Source: Raja brachyura
Taxonomy: Eukaryota
NCBI GenBank assembly: GCA_963514005.1
Contig: OY740821.1
Span: 15,066,001-15,130,000, forward strand
Reading direction: 5' to 3'
DNA length: 64,000 bases
Shown: one piece after another, positions 1 to 13,300 of the stretch
Position numbering within the stretch: the stretch's first letter is position 1
Layout: the number at the start of each line of letters is the position of its first letter
Notes under the pieces: model-generated
What the model was told of the DNA's origin: nothing
Seen by the model: the letters and a program-made list of their open reading frames with translations, nothing else
Database searches by the model: none
Program-made: the position numbers and the translations under genes

Positions 1-294
1 CGGCCAACATTATTTGGTTTCTCACCTACTCCAAGAAACTGTTATGACTGAAACAGTAAAAAATATATATAAATATATAAAACACCCGTCTATTGTGCCT
101 CGCTCAGGGTGCCAATAGTAACTCAGTAATTGGGCACACATGAGTGTAATGATGCGAGGACAGGAAATCTGTTCCAGTATGTCCTCTAGCTGATATTCAG
201 TTGGCATCATTATATTTGGGGAAGACATACATGGGTCGATAATGTCCAATACTTTTAAGACATGCTTGCGTTACTCTGCAATGCATATTCGAAC

Positions 295-349
295 CCATTT
301 GGCTAACATTATACCCAAAATTGCCATTTGGCTAACATTATACCCAAAA
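295..349 (+). repeat. Tandem duplication, 29-bp period, inside the DIRS 5' region
   Basis: ccatttggctaacattatacccaaaa at 295-320 and 324-349. Confidence 0.9.
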
Positions 350-1964
350 ACTGCAGGATTATGTGGGCAAGCTATAACCAGATTTATGATTGATGAAAAA
401 CTGCCCAAATAATTAAGGATATTTGCCTTATAAAACTTCTCATCCCTGCTTTGAGAAAACAAACAGGTTAAATACGAACCCCTCTATTAAGAGAAGGGAT
501 CTTCTGGTTCATTAACGGAAGTACAGAAACGTCATTCCATCACACATGGAATTTCTGGGAAACAACCTCTGGTTGGTTGTAAGATTACAATTGTTTTGTA
601 ATTCTGCATTAAATCTGATCGGCTTGGTGTTTGAATGTACCAGGAACTCGTCAGGTAGAGATAATATATCCCAGACACAAGTATGGGGGTTGCAGAGTAA
701 TTCTGGGACTCACAAACTTAAATTTATAGTTCAGTATAGGCATTTAAAAAAGTACACTTCAACACTGTAATGAAGTTGTTATTACAAGTTGCTATATGGC
801 TATTATTAGACCTAAAAAAGATGCCTTATTATTCAGGTACTTCAATTAATTGGATGGGTCAGCTGAAGGAATTACCTAATGGGTTAAATTCAGCCCTCAG
901 ATTGCTCACACAATTATTGAAATCAGCACTGGTGTTAATGAGGGCTCAGAATCACATTGTAATGACTTATCTAGAGGATATGTTAATTGTAAATGGGAGA
1001 CAGCTGAAGAACTGGGTTCAGCAACCATAACCCTATTGAAAGGCTAAGGTTCTGTACATCCAAACAACATGTAAGTTACAGGCAGCCCAAACAATTGATT
1101 ATTTGGGGTTTGTCTTTAATACAGTTGATATGTCAGTAACTTTACCAACAATTAAGGTTGGGGATGTTACAAATGCCTGTATTTGTCTTGGTAAAAAACA
1201 TTATCCCACCATCCAAGAAGTAGCTACGGTTACTGGTAAAGTGATGGCAGCATTCATGCTGTCGAATTGTGACCTCTGCATGATCAAAGTCTGCAAAGAC
1301 CAGAGTATAAGAGTAAAAAGCGTGCAGGTTATTGATTAGGTCCATGCAGTTACCAACTAAAAAGGTTGAGCTGAATTCAATGATGGATTCTCAATGTTGC
1401 ACAAGGTACTAGAAGTAAAAATGTGCTTGTTCAGCAGTCTTCAGTGTTTTTACAGACTGATGAGAGTGCTCTCGGATGGGGAGCTAAGGACAGCGACACC
1501 AGTTGTGGTGGTCGATGGACTGTCCAAGACTATTTAATTCTCCAAATACATGGTATGAATTATTTGGAGTTATTGGGGGCGTTTTATGCATAGCTGTTGT
1601 TCTACAATAAAGAACTTACATGTTCAATTACGAGTAGACAATACCACAACTGTGGGAGAAGACAATATTGTGGTAAAACAACAGATCACGAAAGTTCAAT
1701 GACAATACAGAATGAATGTTAAAATTCAAAAAGTTTCAAAAAAGATTGTCAGACAGTATGAGTACCAAATGTTGATCTGTTGTGTCTGGATTAAATTTCC
1801 AGTGGTCTAAATGTGTCTCGTGGTAGTCAGACCCAGGAGCATTAGCGGTGGATGCATTCTCGCTACATTGGGGAAGTATAGTCTTTTATGTTTTCCCCAT
1901 TTTGCCTGATTAGGCAATGTGTCACCAAAATGGAGCAAGTCTCCGCCGCAGGTTCCAAACTGGT

Positions 1965-2050
1965 ATTGCTTCTCGGCCTTTTGGCTAAAATCAAGTGTAG
2001 TATCTGTTCTTATCAGTTAATATCTGATACGTCCCTTATCTAGGGACCAT
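1965..2050 (+). pseudogene. RNU2: U2 snRNA 5' fragment (about nt 1-87), 3'-truncated
   Basis: ATTGCTTCTCGGCCTTTTGGCTAAAATCAAGTGTAGTATCTGTTCTTATCAGTTAATATCTGATACGTCCCTTATCTAGGGACCAT matches the U2 5' end, including the branch-pairing GTAGTA and stems IIa/IIb. No Sm site or 3' domain. Confidence 0.93.
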
Positions 2051-3346
2051 TACTACACAGCCATTGTTCCCATTGGTGCTCAGAATGATGATTCAGACAT
2101 TCATGACAAATCCCAGGTGCAGTAATTGTTGGTACATCCAGTAACAGCAGAAGTCATCCATTACATGACCGTATTAATTGTTAATCTGCAGGTTCTGATG
2201 GAATGTCGGATAGGACCATGGATGTCATAGCTGCAGCTTGGAGAGATAGCACTAAGAAACAATATATGTTTCACATAAGGAATGGGAAATTTTTTGTATA
2301 CAGTCAGATATATTTTATCATACTGCAAACATATCGGATGTATTGGAGTTCCTTGCTATGTTGCACCTGAGTTATAGTACCATGAATGGAGCTCGGAGTG
2401 TTTTGTCCTCCAATTTAGGACAATTTCAGAACGACAATTTATCGGGCCTCATCCGTTAATATCCCAATTTATGAGAGGAATTTTAATAAAATCATACCAA
2501 ACCCAGATATACAGAAATCTGGGATGTCAGTATAGTTCTCACATTGCTTCGGCAATGGACTCCAATTACGTCACTTTGTTTTCAGAAGTTAATATTTAAA
2601 ATGGTTATGCTCATGCCATTAATATCAGCACAATGAGTACAAACATTCCAAATGTTGTGGTTAGATTGTATGCAGTTGTCTGTAGATAAAATAACGTTTT
2701 ATGTCAATGATCTAAGCAAGCAAAGCAAGCCAAGAAAGGCTGGAACCAATGTAAATTTTAAGACATACTCTGCCAATTAAACATTGTGTGTGGTTAAGCA
2801 TTTGACTTAATATATATTGAATTAAGAGTCTCCGAGATTGTGAGACACCAATGTTCATTACCTACAAGAAACATATAAAAAGTGACAGTACAAACTATTC
2901 TAGATGGATAAACAGGTTCTGGATTAACTGGAGTAGACACTGATGTGTTAAATCTCACTCCACAAGGGCGGTATCAATGTCCGCGGCGAAGGTGGAGGAC
3001 GTGCCGCTCGACCAAATTCTGGAGATCGCAGGATGGTCTAAGGAAGAAACTTTCCTAGATTTATGATAAACCTGTGGTTACAGTGCCAGGGTTGCACATG
3101 CTGTGTTGGGTTCTGTTCAAAATTGTTTGCTTTGTTGCATATCATTTGTTGTTATTTCCCCTGGGATAGAGGGGTTATTATTTTTCTTTTTATTATTATT
3201 AAAATATTTATTGCATAATTTCAAGCAATATATTATTTACTTACTGCTGTGTAAACTGAAGCAGTGTGTCGTATGGAATGATCTACGGCATGAAAATCAC
3301 AGAGCTTTAAAATCTTCACGTAGTCACTCACGTGACTCCGAAGTAA

Positions 3347-3649
3347 AATAGTAAGATTAAACGAGAACTTACCTGTTCGAAGTTTGATCTTTATTTTATG
3401 AGGAGTTACGATGAGGGATTACGTGCCCTCCACTCCCGACCCTCATAATCTAAAAGATCATCTGGTAGTTCTAGTCTTGTGTGAGCCTTACTATCTTACT
3501 TCGGCTATTGGTTCTGTGTTTTTCACGCTGCTGCTTTGAAGTATGCCGAGCATGCGCCTGGCGGGGTCTTCACGTAATCCCTCATCGTAACTCCTCATAA
3601 AATAAAGATCAAACTTCGAACAGGTAAGTTCTCGTTTAATCTTACTATT
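3347..3649. repeat. Perfect 79-bp inverted repeat (DIRS ICR versus right terminus)
   Basis: 3347-3425 is the exact reverse complement of 3571-3649. Confidence 0.95.
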
Positions 3650-4211
3650 ATCTATCACTACTTCTTTGTGAACAATTCAAGGCCAGTATTGATTGAGAGG
3701 TTGGGTCCTTTGGAAAAGCTGAGCTGATGCCTGGTTTGCGATTTCTACAGCTGGTGCAAATGTGGTTGCATTACTGAGTAAAGTAATACTGGAATTGTTG
3801 CCATTTTATTTTGTCCAAGATTTTGGTGCCACAAAATAGAAATCTTACTGCAAAAATAAAACGACATGTGCACTGTTTCAAAATTAAATGTATGGATCCT
3901 TTGCTCTTAAATTCCTTCACTGATTATGTTGGTGTGCATTTTGTCATGAGAATATATTTTGAATTTAAATGTAACAGGACCATATATCCATTCTACAGAA
4001 AATAATTAAATTCTTCGAAAAAATGTATAAATCAAGCCTGCTGTTTCATGATCAGCGACCTAAAATAGTCAATTAGAGTTTTTGAAGACTCTTGTTTGGT
4101 CTTTTGAGCTTTGACTTCCATGTCACTCATTGCCATCTTGTGTTACTGTATCAAAATGTGCCCTACACTATTGAGCTTCCAGAGTTGATTGGAAATTGTG
4201 TTTTGCTCTAG

Positions 4212-4310
4212 ATTCAAACGAGGAATATTCGATGCTTGCCTGATGTTCTTGTTATTAACTGTGAAGTCAACAGCACAAAGGAAGCTGAATTTTGGAAATG
4301 CCAAGCTGAG
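4212..4310 (+). CDS. PAN2: PAN2 exon ([20 protein letters not shown]...QAE)
   Basis: ag/gt flanks, 99 nt, recognisable PAN2 peptide. Confidence 0.93.
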
Positions 4311-7300
4311 GTGTGTACAGAGGAATTAATTGTCATTATTTCAAATGCACCCTTTATATAAATCTATTGGGACTATTTTCAGCGGTTCCATCCCATTTGG
4401 GGAATGTAGGAAGTGGTGTTCAGTGTTCAAGAAGATTCTGAAATAAATGGGTGGTGCTGAAAGGAGAGAATGCCCGCCATCCCCTGATTGAAGAGAGAGT
4501 TGTTTGCTGTAACTGTAGATAACATTAGAATATTGTGTTGGTGGCAAAGTGAAGCTGAAGAGCAGTCAGCCTGATGAATGAAATGTAGTGCAATAATTTT
4601 AAACTATTTTCAAAAGCCGAGGATAGCTTTATATTCCGGAAATACAAGTTAGCACTTCAAAAGCCTTTTGAGTCTGCGCAGTGTTCCATTTCAAAACCAA
4701 TGTATTTTTCCTGAGGTTTGTTGCTAGAGGGTGCACTATTGAATTATATCGATGAGGAAAATGTTACAGGTAATACATTAGCTATTTTGGCTGGGATAGC
4801 AGAACGGGCTTTACTATTTCTAGTTGCTATCTCTCCTATTTAAAGCTGCTGTCAGCCAGGAGCCCCCAGAAAGTGAACGTGAAAGGGACTTGAACTTCAT
4901 TCTAGTGCCTTTCTTGATAAGTGCTTATCTGTGACTATGTGTGAGAATAGGCTAGAGTTTTGCTGTGATAGTTTCTATGTCAAAATATAATTCTTACTTG
5001 ATTGCATGAATCATAGTACATTAAATGAAATGTCAGGTACTGTGCATGAATTATTACCTTTATAAGAAGAAAACAATGAAGATGGGGACAGTTCGCATCT
5101 AACTGGTAGCTTAATTTGTTGCTTTTGAATATTTTAGCAGTACCATTTTTTTGTTTTGTGCAGTATGAATTGCGTAACAAAATGAGGAAGGAAGATTTGG
5201 AAGCAATAAAAATGAAAGAAAACAATCCAACAGAATGGTAGGGATTTTTTAAGTGTGCTACTGTCCGCATGTGGTGAGCTCAATTCAAGACATTTTATGG
5301 CATAACTATTGTCTTTGCTTTTTGTCTGCTCAAGAACAACATGTTGTCCCAACACCTGGACATGCAACAAGATTTTCCAGGTCAAATTTAAAAAAGAACA
5401 ATGCTTGCGAACTGTTGGTGTATTATTGTCACATGTATTAAAATACAGTCTGAAGGGGAAAAAAAGCATGCTACCCAGGCAAATCACACCATTCACAAGT
5501 GCATCAGGTTGTGTAAAAGAGAAAATAGAGTGCAGAATATAATGTTACAGCCGCAGAAATTGCAGCTGAATTTTTTTTTTAAAGTACATGAGCAGCACGG
5601 GGTCAATTGGGAATTCTTACCATGTGGGATGTCTGTTTAAGAATCTTTGACAGCAGGGAAGAAGCTGTTCTTGAACCTGGTGGTATGTACTATCAAGCTT
5701 TTGTATCGTCTTACTGACAGGAGAGGGGAGAAGATGGAATGGCTGCAGTGTGAGTGCTCCTTGATTATGTTGGCTGCTTTCCCAAGAGGAGGCTGTCTCT
5801 GTGATGGATTGGGCTGCATAACTGCAATTCCTTGTGGTCTTGGGCACAGCAGTTGCCATACCAAACTGAGGTGCATCTAGATAGGATGTTTTCCACGATG
5901 CATCTGTAGAAACTGAGAAGATTGGAAATATGATTAATTTCTTTAGCCTTCTGAGGAAATGGAGGTGATGGTGTGCATTCTTAGCCATAGTGTCCTTGTG
6001 GTTGTACCAGGACAAATTGGTGATATTTACATCTAGTAAATTGAAGTCTCGACCGTCTCCACTTCAATACCGTTGTTGCTGACTGGGGCACTTACCACCA
6101 CCTCATTTCCTGAAGTCGATGACTAGCTCCTTGATCTTGCTGATGTGGAGAGAGAGATTATCTTGACATAATGCTACTAAGCTCTCTATCTCCTTTCTGT
6201 TCTCTGTCTCGTCATTATTTGGTGGTGTTATCTGCTGCCCTGTAAATGCATTTGTGCTGAATTTTGGCCACCCAGTTTTGGGTGTATGGGGACTGTAGTA
6301 AGGCTTTGAGAATGCAGCCTTGCAGGGCACCTGTGTTGAGAATTATTGTGGAGTATTTTTTGTTGCCCATCCTTACTGATTACAGTCAATGGGTCAAGAA
6401 GTCGAGGATCCAGTTGCAGAGGAGTTGCTGAGTCCTAGGTCCAGGAGTTTGGAAATTAGTTTGGTTGGAATGATGGTGTTGAACACAGAGCTATTGTCAA
6501 TACATGTGAGTCTGCCACAGGTGTCTTTGACATGCATGTTTGTGCGTGAGAATCAAAGATGACAACTGCGTAATGTACCTTCTACTTCTTGAAGAATTTT
6601 TAACTAGTTTTACTGTTGTCTGACATCAGTGCCTCTATTCCCATGCAATAATTCAAATAGATCGACCAATTTCATCTTGATGTATTGAATGATATTGTAA
6701 AGTTCCATTTACCAGGAGATGCTTTGACTTTTTATCATCAGGGAAGCACTTTGTAATGCAGAAGGCCTGAGTTTCTATACATCAATTGAGGAATTGAAAA
6801 ATATTTGGATGCCAAATTCTATCAAGATGAAGCTGTCTAAAAACAAGGAGCTAGAAGTCACAAACTGGACTGAAAATGAAGGCGTATGTAATTAAGTTTA
6901 ATCCTTGATGTATCTTTTCAAACCTCCCCTTAAGAGATTGATTCTAATGTTTGTAAAATTTTAACTAAGATCAGACGGGTGATCAAAAATGAAATGTGAG
7001 CAGTGGTAAGTGGAGCTGTAATCAGGAAACTCAAATAGGCAGGTTACCTTTGGTATTGGAAAAGAGGGGCTAAGCAGTTTCCTCATTGTGGGGGGGAAAG
7101 GGAACCATGGGACCCAAGGATGAGCTGCTCAGAGCAGGTATCTGGAAGCAGATAATGTGCATCTCTCTGAATTGGTTTCCTTGCAAATCATTGTGTTTGT
7201 AAAAAAAAAAAGTGCATTTGAGGACTGTAAATCAGAGGAAAGATGGTAAGAAATAGGGTAGGTAAGCCAGTGACTGTTTTTCGTGGTAGGGGTGTCTAAA

Positions 7301-10300
7301 CGAAAGGGCATAGATTTAAGGTGAGGGAGAGGAGATTTAAAGGGGACCTGAGGGTTACATTATTCAGTAGTTGGTACCTGGAATAAGCTGCCAGAGGAGT
7401 TGGAAGGAGTAACATTTTAAAAGCCATCTGGGCAGGATAATTGAATGACAAAGTGTGGAGAGATATAGAAATTATGCAGATATGGGATTAACATAGATGG
7501 GCATGATGATCAGCATTGACACACTGGCTGATGAGCCTGTTTCTATGCTATACAACTCCAACTCTACGAAGTTGTCTTGATTATTAAGTTTCTAATTGAT
7601 GTCCCGGTTAATATTTTTATTGGGAAAGAAATGTTTGTAGATCACTATCCCTGAAAATTAGAATACTGTAATATCAAATTTGAGAAAAAACGTTTAGCAT
7701 TTAACTGATTTGCACAGTTGTGTAAGTACACTGGAACTGTTGACGGAACTAAAGTGTTGTAGTAACGTTTAGACATGCTAGAGGGAGCATTCTTACTTTC
7801 ACAGTTTTCTGCAAACTGAAATAGTAAAATGCTGTTGAGCCTGCCTGTTGCAAGGTGGATAGCTGAAATGTGCTGGGGAATTGAACTGTTCTATTCTGGT
7901 CCCTCTGTTGCTTTCTTTGTGGTTGGTTAAAAAGATATTCCAAACAAGAACCTTTAAATATATATTAAATATATTAATGATTTTTTGGAAACGTGTTATC
8001 CTGCATGCCCTTCCAGGCATTGTTAACTGGTTTGAATGTACCTTCTGTTTGGTCTCTGGATGATGTAGTTTTTGTATGTAGTCCTTTCTTTTCTCTTGGA
8101 GTTGGCAGCAATTCAGTATGGAACTTAATTTGTGTATGTTCCTGACACTAGAAAGAAAGACTTTGAAGTTCCCTGTTTTATCATATCTTAAGACCAATTT
8201 GAAGGAAGTTAAAGTGTAATTTAAACTTCAGCCAGACCAGATGCAGGTATTAAATTGATTAATATGCTATTGTAAAGATGATGATATGTACAAATTGGAA
8301 GAGCAGTCTTCCCTCTGAGTTGGAGACTTGGGATTTTGGGACAATGCCCAATAATTCAACGGTTTAAGGATTTTTGGGGGGGCGGAAGATTGGGTAAATG
8401 TTAATTTTAAAGATGTCTTGGAAGTTGCACGCATGTGGTTTCCAAAATTCCATTCTTATTTTTAACTGTGAAATTTGTGTTAACAACATCAATCTATTTC
8501 AAAGAGTTATTTATTTCCGATGCCTAGTTATAGCATCAAAACTTTTTTCTGTTTGTTTGAAGCAACAAATTGATGTTTGTTCAATATATTAATTTCCAGT
8601 TATTTGAGCCAATTGCTTGCTATGGTGGTTACTGAGCAGAATGTTTACTGATTACTTTGGCCCTAATCTGCAGCTGTCCGCTTCAGAAGATGAGGAGAAC
8701 ACCTATCTGTACGACCTGGTGGTGACCGTGGCTCATATTTTAGATCCTCGGACTGGTGGCAGTCTTGTGGCTCACATTAAAGTTGGGGAAACTTATCACC
8801 AGCGGAAGGAGGTGCAGTATAATTTGTATCCAAATGTCTTGTTATTGAAAAATTTTGGTACAGCAATAGAATGGTAATATAAAGAGTAGAAGCATTGATG
8901 CACTTTAAAACCTTCAGTTTTCTCAATGGATGAGTTTAACTTTTTAAATTTCTGCATTTGATAAATGTTTGATTATAGTTTACACTTCAACTTCTGTTAG
9001 ACTTTAAAGAAACCTTTTTTTTCCAAACATCCAAATGTTTAATTTCCCTTCCACCATCAGTGATCCAGAATACATCATCTTCAAACACAATAGTGACCAA
9101 AAATATTAAGTTTATTTTTACTGACTAGCAACTCAATCGATAAGATCACCACAGTTTAATCAAAAAAAGTAACCTTCCTTTCCTGCAATAATTTTTTATA
9201 TAGCCCGTTATTTTCCACACATCTAATGAGCATGGAATGTTTTGTTGGTCTTGGCACACAAGACAATTAGACACTCTTGACAGTTTAAGTTTCCAAAATG
9301 CAAAGCAAGTAAAGAGCATTACTTTAGCTTTTCACTGTACCCCAAATGGTAGCTGCCATCTTTAAGTGAATCTTTTACGTCATAAATTGGTACATGTAAA
9401 AGGCTTTACCACTAAATAAGAAGCACTTTGGACCATAAATCTCAAACTGGTTTCCTCAATTCAGGTCTGTAGCATAACATCAGTGAAGGAATCTGTTTAA
9501 TGCTAATTTATTTTGTTAGTGATACACATAGCTTGTGCAATAATGGAAAGAAAACCAATGTGTAATATTTGTGATGTTTCGCGAGTGCATTGGTGTTGGA
9601 AATCTCCTGTATTAGGTTTGGTGTAAGATCTGTAGCTCATGCAATGTTTTAATGTTTCAGGGTGTCACTCACAAACAATGGTATCTGTTTAATGACTTTC
9701 TCATAGAACCAATTGACAAGGTAATTGACATTTTTTGTCTTGAAGCTACTGTTCTATATTTTCAAAAATGCAATGAGTTTTTCATGCGTACACTTGGCTT
9801 AAATATTAAGTAGAAATATTCCTTTATAGTTTGCACAAATAATTTCCCCTCTTCTAAAACTTGCAGAAATTTATTTGTATGCCATCCACCCTATCACAGG
9901 CATCTTTTTGGCACACACCTTTGCCAGACCTGCTGAGAACGTCCAGCATTTGCTTTTTATTTCAATATGTAGGTATCCTAGCGAAGTAGATCAAATTAAG
10001 GGAAGATGGTTTTGTGCCCTGGTTCCACATACAGTTTGTTGGTTGTTTGGGGTGAGGAGGGGAGTGGTGTGGTCCAGAATAAGGAGGACTATTGGGGCAT
10101 TGCTCAACAGTATGTTATTAAGTAGCACTGCCACAAATCCTGTGTAGCTTACATGATGTTCATCTTGGGAATGGAAAGGAAGGGAAAGTAAACATTTCTT
10201 CTAAGTAGGGGACAAGTAAAACATGTTTTAAGTTGTTGAGATTGTGGTATATTTAAACATTTGTTTTGTTTTTCAGTGTGAAGCTGTGCAGTTTGATTTA

Positions 10301-13300
10301 AGTTGGAAGATCCCCTGCATTTTGTACTATGCTAGACGGAATCTGAATTCCAAGTATGATTTAACTAGTAGGTAACGTTTTGTGACGTGTGAATTGCTAA
10401 CTGGAGGTGGGTAGGATAATTTTTATCTTCTCCACTCCTGGTACAACAGAGCTGAGCTGCGCTTGGGTGCTAATAGTACACGTGTAAATATGGCGAGAAT
10501 GACTTTCTCTAATCTGGTATTCATTTTTAAATAAAAGGGAAACTCTACAATGGCTCAGTAAGCCATCATCAGGGCAATACTGACCTTTTACACCAGGTGT
10601 AATATCCACAGATTTGCTAAATTGCTAAAGATAAGGGGTTGGTTTCCTCTGAAACAATGAAATGTCTGCAGTTTCAGTTTTTTTCTGTTTGTGTTTTTGC
10701 CAATTCTACTTAAAATGATACAGCTATGAATAATTATAATGTCTTACTATTTTTTATGTTAACTGTGTAGCAACCACTTAAACCAGCAATGGTATTGTAA
10801 ACAGTTTGCACAATCTGCTGCTTTATTCTTGGTATGTAAGACCAAGATAATCAGTTTGCAAGATTCAACCTAGCTCATTTGGTAGTGGTGCCTTCTTCTA
10901 ATTCCTGTGAACTACTTGGTGATATTTCTCGCACGTACACTGGCCTGCTTTGTCAATATTTTTTTTTCTCTCTCCTTTAGTAAAGAATCCAATTGAGGCT
11001 AGTGTTTTGCTGGCAGAAGCATCTCTAGCTAGAAAGCAGCGAAAATGTCATGCAACATTTATCCCACTCATGTTGAATGAAATGCCCCAACCCAATGATT
11101 TAGTGGGTTTGGATGCAGAGTTCGTCACTCTGAATCAGGTACGTTTGTTGTTCTTGGGATAGAGGATGACTTGGTTCCGTTTGGGATACTCTTTTGTCTC
11201 GGTTCCTAGTGACAAGGTTGATTTGCTTGGTTTGGTGTTGCTTGTTCACAGGAAGAAGCAGAGCTTCGCAGTGATGGAACAAAATCCACCATTAAACCCA
11301 GTCAGATGTCAGTGGCAAGGATCACATGTGTGCGTGGTCAGGGACAAAATGAGGGGGTTCCCTTCATTGATGATTACATCTCTACACAGGAACAGGTAAT
11401 GTCATGAGTAATGATTCCTCTGATCTTGCTGCCTAATTTGGCAACTTCCGCTTTGTGGTTGATCGAGTATATTGTTTAAATCACTAATGTAAATCATTGC
11501 AGTGTTAATCAGCTGTGAGATACTCTGTTTCAGTTACTTCCTGGTTTTTAAGTCCACTATGTGGGTATTAATTTCTCTTTGCTAAGCAGAAAGGCACTAC
11601 ATAGAGATCAAACAACTTGTTTTGGCAGGAGGTGAAATCCTGGCAGCTCAGCGTGGTATCATTGTAAACCTGGCAGCAGGTTGGGCACAGTTCAGCTGCA
11701 GGATCTGCAGTGTGTGGGAAGAAGGAAGTATCTCTTCGGTTGGATAAATGTTATTTAGATTCTGTCTGAAAATGATCTTGTGTGCTTATTCCACAAATTT
11801 GTCCTTTGGAAAAAAAACAATAGGTTGTGGATTATCTAACCCAGTATTCTGGAATCAAACCTGGGGACCTTGATGCCAAAATCTCATCCAAACACCTAAC
11901 CACCTTGAAGTCAACGTACCTGAAACTAAGGTTCCTCATTGATGTTGGAGTGAAGTTTGTGGGACATGGGCTGCAGAAGGACTTCAGAGTCATAAATCTT
12001 ATGGTAGGTTTAGAAAGTTCACAAACATAATAATTGGGATAAGCTACTTGATGTGGCATCCTGTATTTGTGGACACTTCCATTATCTCCCTCCCTCGGCT
12101 CCATGTCAAATCTTGCAATGTTGGTAACTGGCCTTTTTGTTGCAACTAATTTAATGACGCTGATAAGTGGGAATGGTGTTTATGTTAAGTGAGGAAATAT
12201 TTTGTTTGTGATGTAGAGTACAAACTCTTAAATAGGAAAAGACTGGATTTACTCTTCCGGTAATAGTAAAACAGAATACTTATTAATACAAAACACACCA
12301 TGCAGAGGAACAGGCCACTCGGACAAGTAAAATGGATGAAGGGGTGCCAGTGGATGTAGTGTATCTGGACTTTCAGAAAGCGTATGATAAGGTCCTGCAC
12401 GGGAGACTGGTGACTAAAATTAGAACACATGGTATTAGGGGTAGGGTGTTGACATGGATAGAAAATAGGTTGGCAGACCGGAAGCAAAGAGTAGGAGTGA
12501 ACGGGTTCTTTCCAGAATGGCAGGCAGTGGCGAGTGGAGTGCTGCAAGGCTCGGTGTTGGGGCCGCAACTGTTTACCGTATATATTAATGATTTGGAAGA
12601 GGGAATTAGGAGCAACACGAGCAAGTTTGCGGATGACACAAAGCTGGGTGGCAGTGCGAACTGTGAAGAGGATGTTAGGAGGTTGCAGGGTGACCTGGAC
12701 AGGTTGAGTGAGTGGGCAAATGCATGGCAGATGCAGTATAATATAGATAAATGTGAGGTTATCCACTTTGGCGGCAAAAACAAGGGGGCAGATTATTATC
12801 GCAATGGGGTTAGGTTAGGTAAGGGGGAGGTACAGCGAGACATGGGCGTCCTTGTATACCGGTCACTGAAAGTTGGCTTACAGGTACAGCAGGCAGTGAA
12901 GAAAGCTCATGGAATGTTGGCCTTCATAACAAGAGGATTTCAGTATAGGAGTAAAGAGTTCTTCTGCAGTTGTTAGGGCTCTGGTGAGACAACATCTGGA
13001 GTATTGTGTACAGTTTTGGTCTGATAATTTGAGGAAGGACATCCTTGTGATTGAGGCAGTGCAGCGTAGGTTCACAAGATCGATCCCTGGGATGGCGGGA
13101 CTGTCATATGAGGAAAGATTGAAAATACTAGGCTTGTATTCACTGGAGTTTAGAAGGATGAAGGGGGATCTTATAGAAACATATAAAATTATAAATGGAC
13201 TGGACAAGCTAGATGCAGGAAAAATGTTCCCAATGTTGGGTGAGTGCAGAACCAGGGGCCACAGTCTTAGAATAAAGGGGAGGCCATTTAAGACAGAGGT

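Larger units (their letters stand above)
1..3649 (+). mobile_element. DIRS1-type tyrosine-recombinase retrotransposon, decayed, 5' end outside the window, in a PAN2 intron
   Basis: Domain remnants in DIRS1 order. RT: D-LKDAYYS ~808-836, LPNGLNSA ~872, YLED ~968. RNase H: LQTDESALGWGA ~1449, MNYLEL ~1555, VDNTT ~1634. MT-like: DAFSLHW ~1851, YVFP ~1887, VPNW/TTQP. YR: HSTR ~2955, AGWSKEETF ~3028. Terminal inverted-repeat structure at 3347-3649. Many stops and frameshifts. Confidence 0.88.

Noticed and set aside
1931-1969. Short matches to the U2 3' domain upstream of the fragment (ctggtattgc, ggagcaag)
   Set aside because: Explained by the DIRS reading frame KMEQ..VPNW and too short to exceed chance.
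1965-2050. Functional U2 gene, or target site of a U2-specific element (Utopia, Keno)
   Set aside because: No PSE, Sm site, 3' domain or 3' box. DIRS coding sequence continues on both sides, so U2 is the insert, not the target.
6884-8673. U12-type intron (ccctaat very close to the 3' splice site)
   Set aside because: The donor is GTATGT, not GTATCCTT.
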